DNA of 64,000 bases from Candidatus Woesearchaeota archaeon (GTDB taxonomy: Archaea; Nanobdellota; Nanobdellia; Woesearchaeales; UBA10216), in NCBI GenBank assembly GCA_002688315.1, contig NZCN01000012.1:57830-121829 (forward strand), in the 5' to 3' direction. Position 1 is the stretch's first letter. Each line of letters begins with the position of its first letter. The translations under genes were made by a program, and so were the position numbers. The notes under the pieces were generated by a model. That model ran no database searches. It had not been told where the DNA came from and saw only the letters and a program-made list of their open reading frames with translations. Positions 44,979 to 54,326 of this stretch are shown here, piece after piece.

Positions 44979-45296
44979 ATGTCAAGAGATGCAGAATCTG
45001 ATGGATGGGTAATAAGAGGTGCTGATAGATACGACGATTTAGTTGCTAGAGTGAATGTAGCATTAGGACGAGGAGAAGAGGTAAAAGCTCAAATACCGAG
45101 AGGGTTATTAGATTCGCTAAGAAGGTATCAGATAAACATTAGACAATTATCCAGAGAAGCAGAAAGAAAATCTGGCTTAAATGCAGCACTTGATGCTAAT
45201 GATAAAGTGCTGGCTTCTAAAGCGAATGCGTATACATCACTTAGAGCATCTTATGGTAGCAGATTAAACTTCAGAGTTGAAGGTGACTTTATATGA
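44979..45296 (+). CDS. hypothetical protein (105 aa)
   Basis: GGAGG 6 nt upstream of ATG 44979. Confidence 0.5.
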   Translation: MSRDAESDGWVIRGADRYDDLVARVNVALGRGEEVKAQIPRGLLDSLRRYQINIRQLSREAERKSGLNAALDANDKVLASKANAYTSLRASYGSRLNFRVEGDFI

Positions 45297-45332
45297 AAAC
45301 AAAACTTGACGAAATAATACTAGAAAACCTGC

Positions 45333-45959
45333 GTGGTTATCGGCATTGATAGTCTTCCTAAAACGCAAGGGTTATTGGTAGCTAAGAATGGACGTGCAAA
45401 AAAGCAGATAGATTCTGTTCTCTCTTTGAAAGGATTTGATATTCAAGAGATGAGAGCAGAGGACATACCAAGTCTTGTTGATCAGGAAATGTGGACATAT
45501 TTTGGCTTAACCACAACAGAGTACTTAGCAGAATATCAGTTGGCAAACCCTCAAACCGAGTTATCTTATTGGGAAATACCTTGGAGAGACGGTCAATGCC
45601 TTTATAATCAGCCAATGATATGTGTTATAGGAAAAAGAAATTTAATTAAAAAAGAAATAAGTGCATTGGATTCAATAAAGGTTGCAATAGAAAGAAATAC
45701 CAGAAATTTAAGCACAGCTGTTGTATCAGAGTATTTGAAACAAGAAAGTATAACTACTGAAAACATAACAATAAGACAACTTAGCGGCGAAGTAGAAGCA
45801 TTAGTGATGAAAGGAGATGCAGATATGTGTGTGGAAATAGTAAGTAGTGGCACAACCGTGGATAACTATGGCCTTGAAATTTATAGAGATGTATTTCCCA
45901 TAGATTTGGTAGTGGTTGCCAACACAAACTATATAAAACAATTAAGGGAAAGAGAGTAA
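45333..45959 (+). CDS. ATP phosphoribosyltransferase (HisG)-like protein, short form
   Basis: GEVEALVMKGDADMCVEIVSSGTTV closely follows the HisG signature (E-x5-G-x-A-x2-[IV]-x-D-[LIV]-x2-S-G-x-T) with two deviations (C for I/V, E for D). N-terminal LLVAKNGRAKKQ...LKGFDI resembles the HisG N-terminus. GTG start. Confidence 0.55.
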   Translation: MVIGIDSLPKTQGLLVAKNGRAKKQIDSVLSLKGFDIQEMRAEDIPSLVDQEMWTYFGLTTTEYLAEYQLANPQTELSYWEIPWRDGQCLYNQPMICVIGKRNLIKKEISALDSIKVAIERNTRNLSTAVVSEYLKQESITTENITIRQLSGEVEALVMKGDADMCVEIVSSGTTVDNYGLEIYRDVFPIDLVVVANTNYIKQLRERE

Positions 45960-45961
45960 TC

Positions 45962-47233
45962 ATGGAAATGAAAAACGCCAGAGGAACAAGAGATATTTCA
46001 GGAGAGGATGCAATCCTGAGGAAACAGATAGTTGGAACTCTGAAGAGCGTTTTTGAGCTTTACGGGTATAATCCTTTGGAAACACCTTCGCTTGAACAGT
46101 ATGAAACACTTGTTTCTAAATATGCAGGCGGCGAGGAAATACTGAAAGAAGTTTTTAAATTAAGTGACCAGGGAAAACGCGATTTGGCTTTAAGATATGA
46201 CTTAACAGTTCCGCTCGCAAGGTTTGTAGCAACTAATCCTACTTTGAAAATGCCTTACAAAAGATATGCGGTGGGAAATGTTTACAGAGACGGACCATTG
46301 AAAATGGGAAGATATCGCGAATTTACTCAATGCGATGTTGATGTTGTTGGAAACAGCAATATGACAGCAGATGCTGAAATGGTAAAGATAGCTTTAACTG
46401 CATTTGAAAAACTTGAACTGAATGTTATTACAAAAGTAAACAACAGAAAAATCCTTGATGCTGTTTTGGAAAAAGCAGGTATTAAAGATGAATCGTTTGA
46501 AACAGTTATTCTTAGCATTGATAAGCTGGAAAAATTTGGAAAAGAAGCAGTTGAAAAAGAGTTAGCAAGAAAAGGAATATCTGATGCTGTTACTTCAAAG
46601 CTAATGGAATATATTTCAATACAAGGAACTAATAAAGAGAAAATAGAACAATTGAAAAAAATAATTAATGAAGAATGCATTGGCTTGGACGAAATTGAAG
46701 AAGTTCTTAAGTTTTCAGGCAATAAAAACGTTGAGTTCGAAGTTTCTCTGGCTCGCGGCCTCACTTACTATACTGGAACTGTGTTTGAAGTTTTTCTTAA
46801 AAATTCAGAAATAAAGTCTTCGCTTGCTGCAGGGGGAAGGTATGACAGAATGATTGGACAATTTGCCCAAAATAGAGAATATCCTGCTGTAGGCATATCT
46901 TTTGGATTGGATGTAATTGGTGATTCGATTAAGCTTGAAGGCGAGGAAAGGGGTGCGAAAACAGTTGTAAAAGCACTTGTCATATCAATAAAAGAAGACA
47001 AGAACGCTTTGGAAATTGTTGAAAAGCTGAGAAATGAAAATATAAATTGCGATGCAGATTACACCGGAAAAGTCGGAAAAGCAATTGAATACGCAGACAC
47101 TTATGGAATATCATACGTTATTTTTGTAGGCAAAAAAGAAGCAAAAGCTGGCAAAGTTAAACTAAGAGACATGGACAGCGGGAAAGAACAATTGTTGACT
47201 ATTGAACAGGCAATAAGACGAATTCTTAAGTAA
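45962..47233 (+). CDS. hisS: histidyl-tRNA synthetase
   Basis: Class II motifs (GRYREFTQCD motif 2, GGRYD motif 3) and a C-terminal anticodon-binding domain. Confidence 0.9.
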   Translation: MEMKNARGTRDISGEDAILRKQIVGTLKSVFELYGYNPLETPSLEQYETLVSKYAGGEEILKEVFKLSDQGKRDLALRYDLTVPLARFVATNPTLKMPYKRYAVGNVYRDGPLKMGRYREFTQCDVDVVGNSNMTADAEMVKIALTAFEKLELNVITKVNNRKILDAVLEKAGIKDESFETVILSIDKLEKFGKEAVEKELARKGISDAVTSKLMEYISIQGTNKEKIEQLKKIINEECIGLDEIEEVLKFSGNKNVEFEVSLARGLTYYTGTVFEVFLKNSEIKSSLAAGGRYDRMIGQFAQNREYPAVGISFGLDVIGDSIKLEGEERGAKTVVKALVISIKEDKNALEIVEKLRNENINCDADYTGKVGKAIEYADTYGISYVIFVGKKEAKAGKVKLRDMDSGKEQLLTIEQAIRRILK

Positions 47234-47262
47234 AGGTTTTTAAACGCATTTTAAGTCTCTTT

Positions 47263-47676
47263 TTGTTTATGAATGCACTAACTATTGACAAAATTGCAAG
47301 TGCCATTATGGTAACGCAAGACGCTTCAGAAGATTGTCCTGCTGAATTAGCGAGGGTTGCGAGCAACTATCTCTCGAAAAAAGAAAATTTGAGATATGAG
47401 AAAGAAGGATTGAAAATAAAACGTGAAAGGAACGCGTTGCACGAGTCAAACAATTGGGCAAAAAATGGAAATCGTGCAAGGCAATTATTACAGTTGGCAG
47501 AATCTGAACAACAAAATGAGACGCTTAACACTGCGATAAATAGATGGATAAAAAGCGATTATGGAGAAATTTACAAGTTAGCATGCCTTTTTTTAGAAGA
47601 TGAAACAAAATTTTATGGTGAGTTAATAAGAAAGAAAGCTGACTACTTGAGGAATTTCAGTTTAGCAAACTCTTAG
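47263..47676 (+). CDS. hypothetical protein (137 aa)
   Basis: ORF only. Confidence 0.4.
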   Translation: MFMNALTIDKIASAIMVTQDASEDCPAELARVASNYLSKKENLRYEKEGLKIKRERNALHESNNWAKNGNRARQLLQLAESEQQNETLNTAINRWIKSDYGEIYKLACLFLEDETKFYGELIRKKADYLRNFSLANS

Positions 47677-48074
47677 GAAGATACTGCCTTGAGGAATTCC
47701 TTTACATCCTTCTCTAGCTCTTCTTCAATGGACTCAAAAACAATCTCGTCATCAATTTTTCCGTATTGATGCGAGATTATGTTTTTCATACCTTTCGCGT
47801 CTTTTAGTTTAGCTGCCAAACTGCTGCTAATAATTTTATTTTCCAAGAGGATATTAAAAGCATCAACGTCATCTTCAGGTATTCTCAATTTTTTGCTCTT
47901 TATCACCAAAAAAGCCAAATCAGTTGCTGCCTCAACTATTTTTTCAACATACCTCTCACAAGCAGCCTTTTTTTCAATACTGGATTTATATTCATCTAAA
48001 TCAGAAGGAACAATTTCCTTAAGCTGCTCTAAAAACTCGTTAATTTCAGATGTCTTATCAGCTATCCTTGTCAT
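47673..48074 (-). CDS. hepT: HEPN/DUF86 (HepT-like) toxin
   Basis: KNIISHQYG matches the R/K-x4-H HEPN motif context (RNxxxHxY); 4-nt overlap with the MNT gene. Confidence 0.65.
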   Translation of the reverse strand: MTRIADKTSEINEFLEQLKEIVPSDLDEYKSSIEKKAACERYVEKIVEAATDLAFLVIKSKKLRIPEDDVDAFNILLENKIISSSLAAKLKDAKGMKNIISHQYGKIDDEIVFESIEEELEKDVKEFLKAVSS

Positions 48075-48676
48075 GCTGCTGCTCCAAAAATTTTCTCCAT
48101 CCTAATAAAATAGTCTTCATCCTTCAAATAATTTATTGAAAAACTTATGTTATCATAATCACTAGTTTGATAGAGAACTTTATGATTTCTTGCAACATCT
48201 CTTTTTACCTTTTGCGGCAAAACACTGAAAACCTGAACATCAACTTTTTCCGGAAGCTGTCCTGACACCCTAATTCTGAATTTTGTGGCTTCCTTTAAAG
48301 AAAGTTCACTCCTAAAAACAACGCAAACATCAATATCAGAACGTTTAGTAAAAGTATTGTCTGCAAAAGAACCAAAAAGAAGCACTGCCTTAACGTTATT
48401 GCTGAGTTCATCATTAAGAATTTCGCCAACAGCTTTTTCAATTATCTTTTTATTATCCTGATTTCGTACTAACTTAAACTCATTCTCAAATTTAGCAAGT
48501 TCTCTGATAAACTCTAGCTTTGGCTTAATATCCCTACTTATTCTGTTTCTCTCAGACTGTGTTAAAGGAATTCCTTCTAACTGTTTCACTATTAATTCAA
48601 TTTCTCTTCTACCAAACACTTTCCTGGCGTTTTTATTGGTTTTTAAGCATTGTTTAAGGGCCATAATAATCATCAT
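48071..48676 (-). CDS. mntA: minimal nucleotidyltransferase (MntA-like antitoxin) with N-terminal extension
   Basis: LFGSFADNTFTKRSDIDVCVV (GS-x9-13-DxD) motif. Confidence 0.7.
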   Translation of the reverse strand: MMIIMALKQCLKTNKNARKVFGRREIELIVKQLEGIPLTQSERNRISRDIKPKLEFIRELAKFENEFKLVRNQDNKKIIEKAVGEILNDELSNNVKAVLLFGSFADNTFTKRSDIDVCVVFRSELSLKEATKFRIRVSGQLPEKVDVQVFSVLPQKVKRDVARNHKVLYQTSDYDNISFSINYLKDEDYFIRMEKIFGAAA

Positions 48677-48708
48677 TTAGATTATTATAATAAGAATCAA
48701 GGTTATAT

Positions 48709-49605
48709 TTAAATGTTTTGATTTTGTGTCAATACCTCGTATCCAGAGTCAGTAACCAAAATTGTGTGCTCTGCCTGGCTTACTAAGCCTCTAGCTTGCT
48801 CTACTAATGGAGGGTAGCCTTTTACTGCGTTGAGCTGCTGCAGTTGCTTTAAGGCAAGTTCAACTTTAACAGGAGAAAACTTTTTTATCAGCCAGCGCTT
48901 TGCAAAAGGCAAGCTTTCATAAGTCTCAATTTCTGCAAGAATTTGCCGAGCAGTCATGTCCCTCACTGGCTTGTGGGAAAGCTGCATAAAAACTTCTGAA
49001 TTAGTTGCTTCTTTAATTATGCCTTCTCCTGTAGTTGCGAAAGGCTCGATAGCAATTACCTGCCCAGATGTTAGTTCGTTTGGGTCGTTGTTGTTAAAGT
49101 TAGGAACAGTTGGCTTTGTATGCAATTCAAATTTTGCAATTCCATGGCCTGAAAGATTTCTAACAGGAGAAAAACCTAATTCAGTAATTTCTGACTGAAT
49201 TGTTTCACCGATTTCTGACAGCTTAATACCAGGCTTTACTATCTTAATAGCTGCGTTCAAAGCATTTCTGGAAGCTTTTACCAATTCAGAATTATTTCCG
49301 CTTAAGTCAACAGTAGCAGCATTATCACCAGGAATACCGTCTATATGAGCGCCACAATCAAGCTTAGCAACTTGCGCTTCAAAAACTGTTTTGTCGTCAT
49401 AAGGGCAACAGTAATGGGCTGCAGTGTGGTCAAGTGATATCTGAGCAGGAAATGCTGGCTTAGCACCCAATTCAATTATCTTTTGATCAACAGCATCGCA
49501 AACTTCAATAACTTTTGCGCCTTTTTTTATCAAATTAATTCCGTGATTTAACGCAACTGCAGATATGCTGCATGCTTTTCTCCACTTTTCAATGTCTTCA
49601 ACCAT
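48709..49605 (-). CDS. map: methionine aminopeptidase, type 2 (archaeal)
   Basis: Pita-bread fold metal ligands (D..D, H, E, E contexts: KLDCGAHIDG, SGHGI, IAIEPF, EHTILV). Confidence 0.9.
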   Translation of the reverse strand: MVEDIEKWRKACSISAVALNHGINLIKKGAKVIEVCDAVDQKIIELGAKPAFPAQISLDHTAAHYCCPYDDKTVFEAQVAKLDCGAHIDGIPGDNAATVDLSGNNSELVKASRNALNAAIKIVKPGIKLSEIGETIQSEITELGFSPVRNLSGHGIAKFELHTKPTVPNFNNNDPNELTSGQVIAIEPFATTGEGIIKEATNSEVFMQLSHKPVRDMTARQILAEIETYESLPFAKRWLIKKFSPVKVELALKQLQQLNAVKGYPPLVEQARGLVSQAEHTILVTDSGYEVLTQNQNI

Positions 49606-49638
49606 AATTAAAAAGAATTCAGAGGTGTTTATAAAAAT

Positions 49639-49824
49639 TTACTGTTTCTTTGACATTTCAGTATAGCCGCATTTTCCGCAGCTTGTTCTTTCTTTATGTT
49701 TTGCCATGAAATATCCAGCACCGCACTTAGGACAAAAAACATTTTTCCTTGTTAGCTTATCTTTTGCTTCGTAAAGCTTCCAAACTTGATTAGGCTTCTT
49801 AGGTTTCTTTGGTTGTTTTGCCAT
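49639..49824 (-). CDS. rps27ae: 30S ribosomal protein S27ae (eS31)
   Basis: CPKCG...CGKCGYT zinc ribbon; conserved position after S24e. Confidence 0.85.
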   Translation of the reverse strand: MAKQPKKPKKPNQVWKLYEAKDKLTRKNVFCPKCGAGYFMAKHKERTSCGKCGYTEMSKKQ

Positions 49825-50279
49825 TATTTAGCGCCTTTATCTTCTTTTTTCTCTTCTGGCTTTTTATCGTCAGCTTTAGCTTCAGCTTTTTTTTCTTCTG
49901 GCTTTTCTTCAGCTTTCTTTTCAGGAGCTGCAGGAGTTTCAGGAACTGGAGCAGCGGATTCTTCTTTTTTCGCTTCTGCTTTGTCTTTCTCTTCCTTTGT
50001 AAGATGCCTGCTTAGAACCGTTTTTGATTCAAACTTGTTCATATCTTCTTTTGACTTGTAAACATTAGCTTTCACTTTTGCAGATTTGCTGCCAAAAGAA
50101 GTATTTATTTCAGTAACTGTTATCAAAGACTCTTCGCTCTTTAAAGCCTCTGCAATTTTTTTTCTAACATCAAACCTGCTTGGAGTTGCAGAGCCAAAAC
50201 TTATTAAACCGTGAAGTTCTGTTCTTGCAAGCAAAGGCTGTTCTATTTTGTCAGAAAGTTTCATTTCCAAGAGAATCAC
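49824..50279 (-). CDS. rps24e: 30S ribosomal protein S24e with K/E/A/P-rich tail
   Basis: NPLLARTEL-type N-terminus and a conserved operon position. Confidence 0.85.
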   Translation of the reverse strand: MILLEMKLSDKIEQPLLARTELHGLISFGSATPSRFDVRKKIAEALKSEESLITVTEINTSFGSKSAKVKANVYKSKEDMNKFESKTVLSRHLTKEEKDKAEAKKEESAAPVPETPAAPEKKAEEKPEEKKAEAKADDKKPEEKKEDKGAK

Positions 50280-50458
50280 CTTACCTTTATTGCAAAATCG
50301 CCATTCTTTGATATTGTTAGCTTTTTTGCAATTGCGGATTTTTCTGCGTTAATAACTGTGATACGTCCATTCCAGTTGGTTCCAAAATTGCTGTTTTTGC
50401 AAAGAGGGCAAGCTCCGGCATCAACAAGAATTTTGCAATCTTTACAAGCTCGTTTCAT
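50276..50458 (-). CDS. spt4: transcription elongation factor Spt4 (RpoE'')
   Basis: CKDC...CPLC zinc ribbon, 60 aa, downstream of Rpo7. Confidence 0.8.
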   Translation of the reverse strand: MKRACKDCKILVDAGACPLCKNSNFGTNWNGRITVINAEKSAIAKKLTISKNGDFAIKVR

Positions 50459-50467
50459 TTTTAAACA

Positions 50468-51064
50468 CTATTTTTTTGCTTTTTTTATTTTTTTAGTTTC
50501 TTTTTTCTTTGGTTCTTCTTTAGGCTTTTCATCTTCAGTAAGCCATTCAAGCTTTCCAAGTCCTGGCTGGCGCATTGTAAGCCCTAATTTTGGATTTGCA
50601 ACGTCTTTGTAGCTTATTGCAATAATTCTTGCTCTGCACAAATCACCAACTTTAAGAGAGCGTGTTGATGCTTTTCCAACAAGAACTTTTTCTTTGCTGA
50701 AACTTACAAAATCATCCATTGTCTGGGAGATATGAATCATGCCATCAATAGCTCCAATATTAAGGAATGCTCCGAAATCTGCTATGTCGCGAACTTTTCC
50801 GCTGACAATTTCCTGAAGCTCTGGTTTTAAAGTAAGCAATTCGAACGTGCATTTGTAAAAAGCAGCGCCATCATCAGGTATAATGACCCCTTCATGAACA
50901 TTCAAAAGCTGCGAAACACTTATAACAATCCCTAAATCCTTTGAAATAAAGCCTTCGAACTGCTTCTCAAGCATACTTATAATAGCTTCCTCTTTAGGAA
51001 GATTAAATGAAGTAGGCGGAACTCTTACATGGTCTTCAACCTGAACACGGTAAAACATTTTCAC
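50468..51064 (-). CDS. rpoE: RNA polymerase subunit E' (Rpo7) with S1 domain and Lys-rich tail
   Basis: N-terminal Rpb7-like fold and an S1 motif (GKVRDIADFGAFLNIG). Confidence 0.85.
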   Translation of the reverse strand: MKMFYRVQVEDHVRVPPTSFNLPKEEAIISMLEKQFEGFISKDLGIVISVSQLLNVHEGVIIPDDGAAFYKCTFELLTLKPELQEIVSGKVRDIADFGAFLNIGAIDGMIHISQTMDDFVSFSKEKVLVGKASTRSLKVGDLCRARIIAISYKDVANPKLGLTMRQPGLGKLEWLTEDEKPKEEPKKKETKKIKKAKK

Positions 51065-51459
51065 TCACAAATATGCAGATACTGTTTTTGCCTCAAAATG
51101 ATAAGGCCGCACCTTCCTTTTAACATTTTTCTTAAAGCTTTATCTTGAGTTGCTACAAAACTTTTATTATCAGCAATATCCATTATGGCTTCATCAGCTC
51201 TTTTAAATACTTTTCCATAATTGCCTGTAATTCTTACTTTAAACTTTTTTATGAATTGAATTGCCATTTTAGCTGCTTTTTTTTCCTTACCGCTTCTTCT
51301 TCTGCTATTGATAATCTTTTTTAACTCGCTAATTGTTTCAGGAACCACAACCAACTGGTAGTTAAAATTGCAAATTCTGTCTATTTCTGAAAAAATATCC
51401 ACATTAAACTGCACAGGTATAAGTAAAAAATTAGTGTCCAGTATTATTTTTGTTTTCAT
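51061..51459 (-). CDS. PIN-domain protein (Fcf1/Utp24-like) of the conserved Rpo7 operon
   Basis: IILDTNFLL N-terminal Asp motif and VATQDKALR. The gene order PIN-Rpo7-Spt4-S24e-S27ae is widely conserved in archaea. Confidence 0.7.
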   Translation of the reverse strand: MKTKIILDTNFLLIPVQFNVDIFSEIDRICNFNYQLVVVPETISELKKIINSRRRSGKEKKAAKMAIQFIKKFKVRITGNYGKVFKRADEAIMDIADNKSFVATQDKALRKMLKGRCGLIILRQKQYLHICE

Positions 51460-51549
51460 GCAATAAGGATGTTAAAGTGAGTTTAATAGGTTTTTGGTAT
51501 ATACTGATATAGACAAAACAATATAAATCACAGCTTAACGCTAAAATTC

Positions 51550-52002
51550 ATGGATGAATTTCTGGAAAAATTACTTGGAGGCTCATGGAGAAAATATGAT
51601 TTAGGACAAGACGCAGAACTCATGTATCAGGATTCACCATATCCATCAGAACCTTTAGATGTCCTTTCTTTAATGTTTGACAAATTCGAGCTTGACAAGC
51701 CATATTTGAGTGCAAGAGTACAATGCCTTGAGCATTCAGATTCTGAACGTGGAGAATGTTTAGACTCTATCTTGATACGTGTTTATGCAAAATCGTTTCA
51801 TAAAACATCGAATGTAACTAAAATAGTCACTGTTTTTTTAGACGGTGTATATGACCCATTTGAATCAGATCCTAGTATCGAAGATATTGCAAATCAAATG
51901 AAAGATGTTTATTTTAAAAAAACAGGAATGAAATTTGACGAAGAGTATCTCGTTGAACTTATATATAAGGCGTTGGACCTTGCTTTTGAAAATTATCGCT
52001 AA
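51550..52002 (+). CDS. hypothetical protein (150 aa)
   Basis: ORF only. Confidence 0.4.
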   Translation: MDEFLEKLLGGSWRKYDLGQDAELMYQDSPYPSEPLDVLSLMFDKFELDKPYLSARVQCLEHSDSERGECLDSILIRVYAKSFHKTSNVTKIVTVFLDGVYDPFESDPSIEDIANQMKDVYFKKTGMKFDEEYLVELIYKALDLAFENYR

Positions 52003-52769
52003 ACCTCAACAAACTGCTGTAGTGTTTTGTTTTTTATCTTTGGCTTTATTGATGTTTTGATGCCTTTTTGTTTCAGAAGCGTATTGAGAAATTTGGTCGC
52101 AGTTCTTTTTGTGAGGATTTTGTCAAGAGCAGAAGCAAGGCTTTCAGGATTCTTTAAAGTCGAGTTTTTAAGAAGCTCTATCATTAATTCCTCATTGCTT
52201 TTCTTACTGAAAATTTTCTTAGCAACATCCTGCTCAAACAAATCTCTTATAAATTGTTCGCGGGCAGAAGAAGTGAAAGCTTTGTAGTCATGCTCTTTAC
52301 CTATCAGCTTGGCAATGTAAGAAGGGTTTGACATCAAAATAAATTTAACAAGCTGCAAGGTTCTGGTTACATTATTGCTGTAATACTGCTTGTCAAGATT
52401 ATTAACAAATTCAAAAAGAACTTTATCAAAACCTATAACATTAACACCATCCAAATTAATATTAGGAACAGTAGTTATCAAAAATTTTTCATATTCTGTC
52501 TCTGCGCCTATGTGCTCTTTAATAGTTTGCCTTATTTTCTTAACAACAGCAGCGCTGTTAAACTTTCTCATCAAATCAGAAGCTTTAGTTGCAATTGAAC
52601 CAGAAACATAGCAGGCAACTTCAACGTGAGCGATCTTTGAAGTTTTATCTTGCTTTATTGCAACCATGTCGATAACACGGCTTCCAGCATTAATGTCTTT
52701 AATAGTGAAGAAACCTTTTCTGTTCAACCACAACTCAACAATTTCCTTTTCAGGACCCATAAAACTCAC
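51999..52769 (-). CDS. hypothetical protein (256 aa), possible nuclease-like N-terminal fold
   Basis: E9...IDMVAI...HVEVA loosely resembles a PD-(D/E)xK core, but the Lys is not evident. Confidence 0.4.
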   Translation of the reverse strand: MSFMGPEKEIVELWLNRKGFFTIKDINAGSRVIDMVAIKQDKTSKIAHVEVACYVSGSIATKASDLMRKFNSAAVVKKIRQTIKEHIGAETEYEKFLITTVPNINLDGVNVIGFDKVLFEFVNNLDKQYYSNNVTRTLQLVKFILMSNPSYIAKLIGKEHDYKAFTSSAREQFIRDLFEQDVAKKIFSKKSNEELMIELLKNSTLKNPESLASALDKILTKRTATKFLNTLLKQKGIKTSIKPKIKNKTLQQFVEV

Positions 52770-52876
52770 TAGTAATTAGGAGAATAAACGAATTTATAAT
52801 TGTTGTTGTAATTTCAAAAATAGAAAGTTATAAATAGTCGTAATACCAAAAGAAATTTAGCAAAAAGGGTTATTTT

Positions 52877-54278
52877 TTGAAGTTGCATAAGCTAGCGTTG
52901 GTTTCTGCACTGTTTTTCTTGATATCTTTGGCTTCTGCTTCTGCATTATACGAGCAAACACAGTCTGGGAATATCACTGTTTTTGGCCAGCAATACATTA
53001 ATTTCACAAACGGAATAGCTAACAGCGATTCCGGACACCTTTTTTTTTGACAACCAAACAGGAATTGCAATAAGCGGCATGACATCAAATGCAAATGGCC
53101 TTTTCAACATCACTGCTGTTTCAGCTGTTGTTACAGCAGGAATTGAACCGATAGGCCCGAACATGGACATCAATAAGACCCGCAAAGCACCACAAAATGG
53201 AAGCCTTACAACTTTTAGCGAGACTTTCTACACAGGATTTACAGCATTCCCATTATTCATGGTGAAAGACGGAATTGCAGTATTGTTAATTAACTCAACA
53301 TATGCAGCATTTGTTGTTGACGGAATCAGACTTGACTCGACAACAGGCATTGCCCAAGAAATAAACATCAGCTATAGATACAATGCAAACGGCTCAAATT
53401 TCTTTGCAAACCCTCCGACCAGTGGTTGCGGTGTGCACACAACTGAAACAACCTGTTACGCTGCAGCAACCACAGGTGCTGGCTGCTACTGGGACTTCTG
53501 GCTTGAAATATGCAACGAAGCAACAGGAGGAGCTGGCGGTGCAGCAGTAGGAGGAGGAAGCGGTGTTGGCGGAGGCGGCGGAGGAGGAGGAAATGCAACA
53601 AGCAAATTTGCAAGCAAAGCCACAAGATTCTGGGATTTAATAGCTGCCGACGATCAAAAACTGTTCAGTGTAAAGAGTGAAAAAATCAGCGTATCGCTTT
53701 TAACATTCACGCTTTCAAAAGAAGCTGAAAATGTAGAGGTTACTGTAGGAACTCTAAAAACTCTACCATCCACAGTAACAGAACCAGAAATAACAGGTTA
53801 CCAAAACCTTCAAGTAACCCACAAAAACATTGAAAACGCTGACGTAAGCTCTGTTACAATTGAATTTGATGTTACCCTTGACTGGCTAACAACCAACAGC
53901 TTGTCAACACAAAACGTTGCCTTGTACAGATACGATGAAACTGCAAAGTCATGGAACGGACTAGCAACAACACACCTAAGAAGTGATTCTGAAAAAGCAT
54001 ATTATTCATCAACATCTTCTGGACTAAGCTACTTTGTAGTAGGAGTCAAACAAAAAGCAGCTGTTGTAGAAGAAGAAGCAGAAAAAGCAGAAACATTTGA
54101 AGAAATAACTGGCGCTACAGTGCAAGACACAGGAATCGAAGAAGCTACTGAACCAGAACCAAGTAAAGGAGGGCTGCCTGCATGGTGGATGTACGCTGCA
54201 TTAACAGGAGCAGTTATTGGAATTGCTATTGTTCTGGGCGGCTGGAAGTTCACTCACCAGCCAAAAACAAAAGTTTAA
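52877..54278 (+). pseudogene. surface protein with PGF-pre-PGF-like domain and C-terminal TM anchor, N-terminus detached by a frameshift in a T9 run (53040-53048)
   Basis: The TTG 52877 ORF encodes a signal peptide (KLHKLALVSALFFLISLASASA) and stops at TGA 53048-53050, right after T9. Removing one T reads straight into the 399-aa ORF frame (open from 53019). The C-terminus has a Gly-rich linker, VALYRYDETAKSWNGL...YYSSTSSGLSYFVVG and a TM helix. Confidence 0.6.
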
Positions 54279-54326
54279 ACAATTCTACCCTAAAACTTTT
54301 TATATAATCCAGATAGCCTGTAAAAT

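Noticed and set aside
44764-44985. 73-aa minus-strand ORF
   Set aside because: It is antisense to the clean tRNA-His gene at 44870-44941, so it is an artefact.
45293-45349. 19-codon mini-ORF whose ATG overlaps the stop of the 105-aa gene (ATGA), in a different frame from the HisG-like ORF; possible frameshift at the A4 run 45324-45327, or a leader peptide
   Set aside because: The HisG-like ORF has a usable GTG start at 45333 and its homology begins downstream, so no frameshift is required. The mini-ORF has no His-codon run that would suggest attenuation.
53520-53600. GGA/GGC-rich stretch as a simple tandem DNA repeat or CRISPR-like feature
   Set aside because: It encodes the Gly-rich linker (GGAGGAAVGGGSGVGGGGGGGGN) of the surface protein, and there is no spacer-repeat periodicity.
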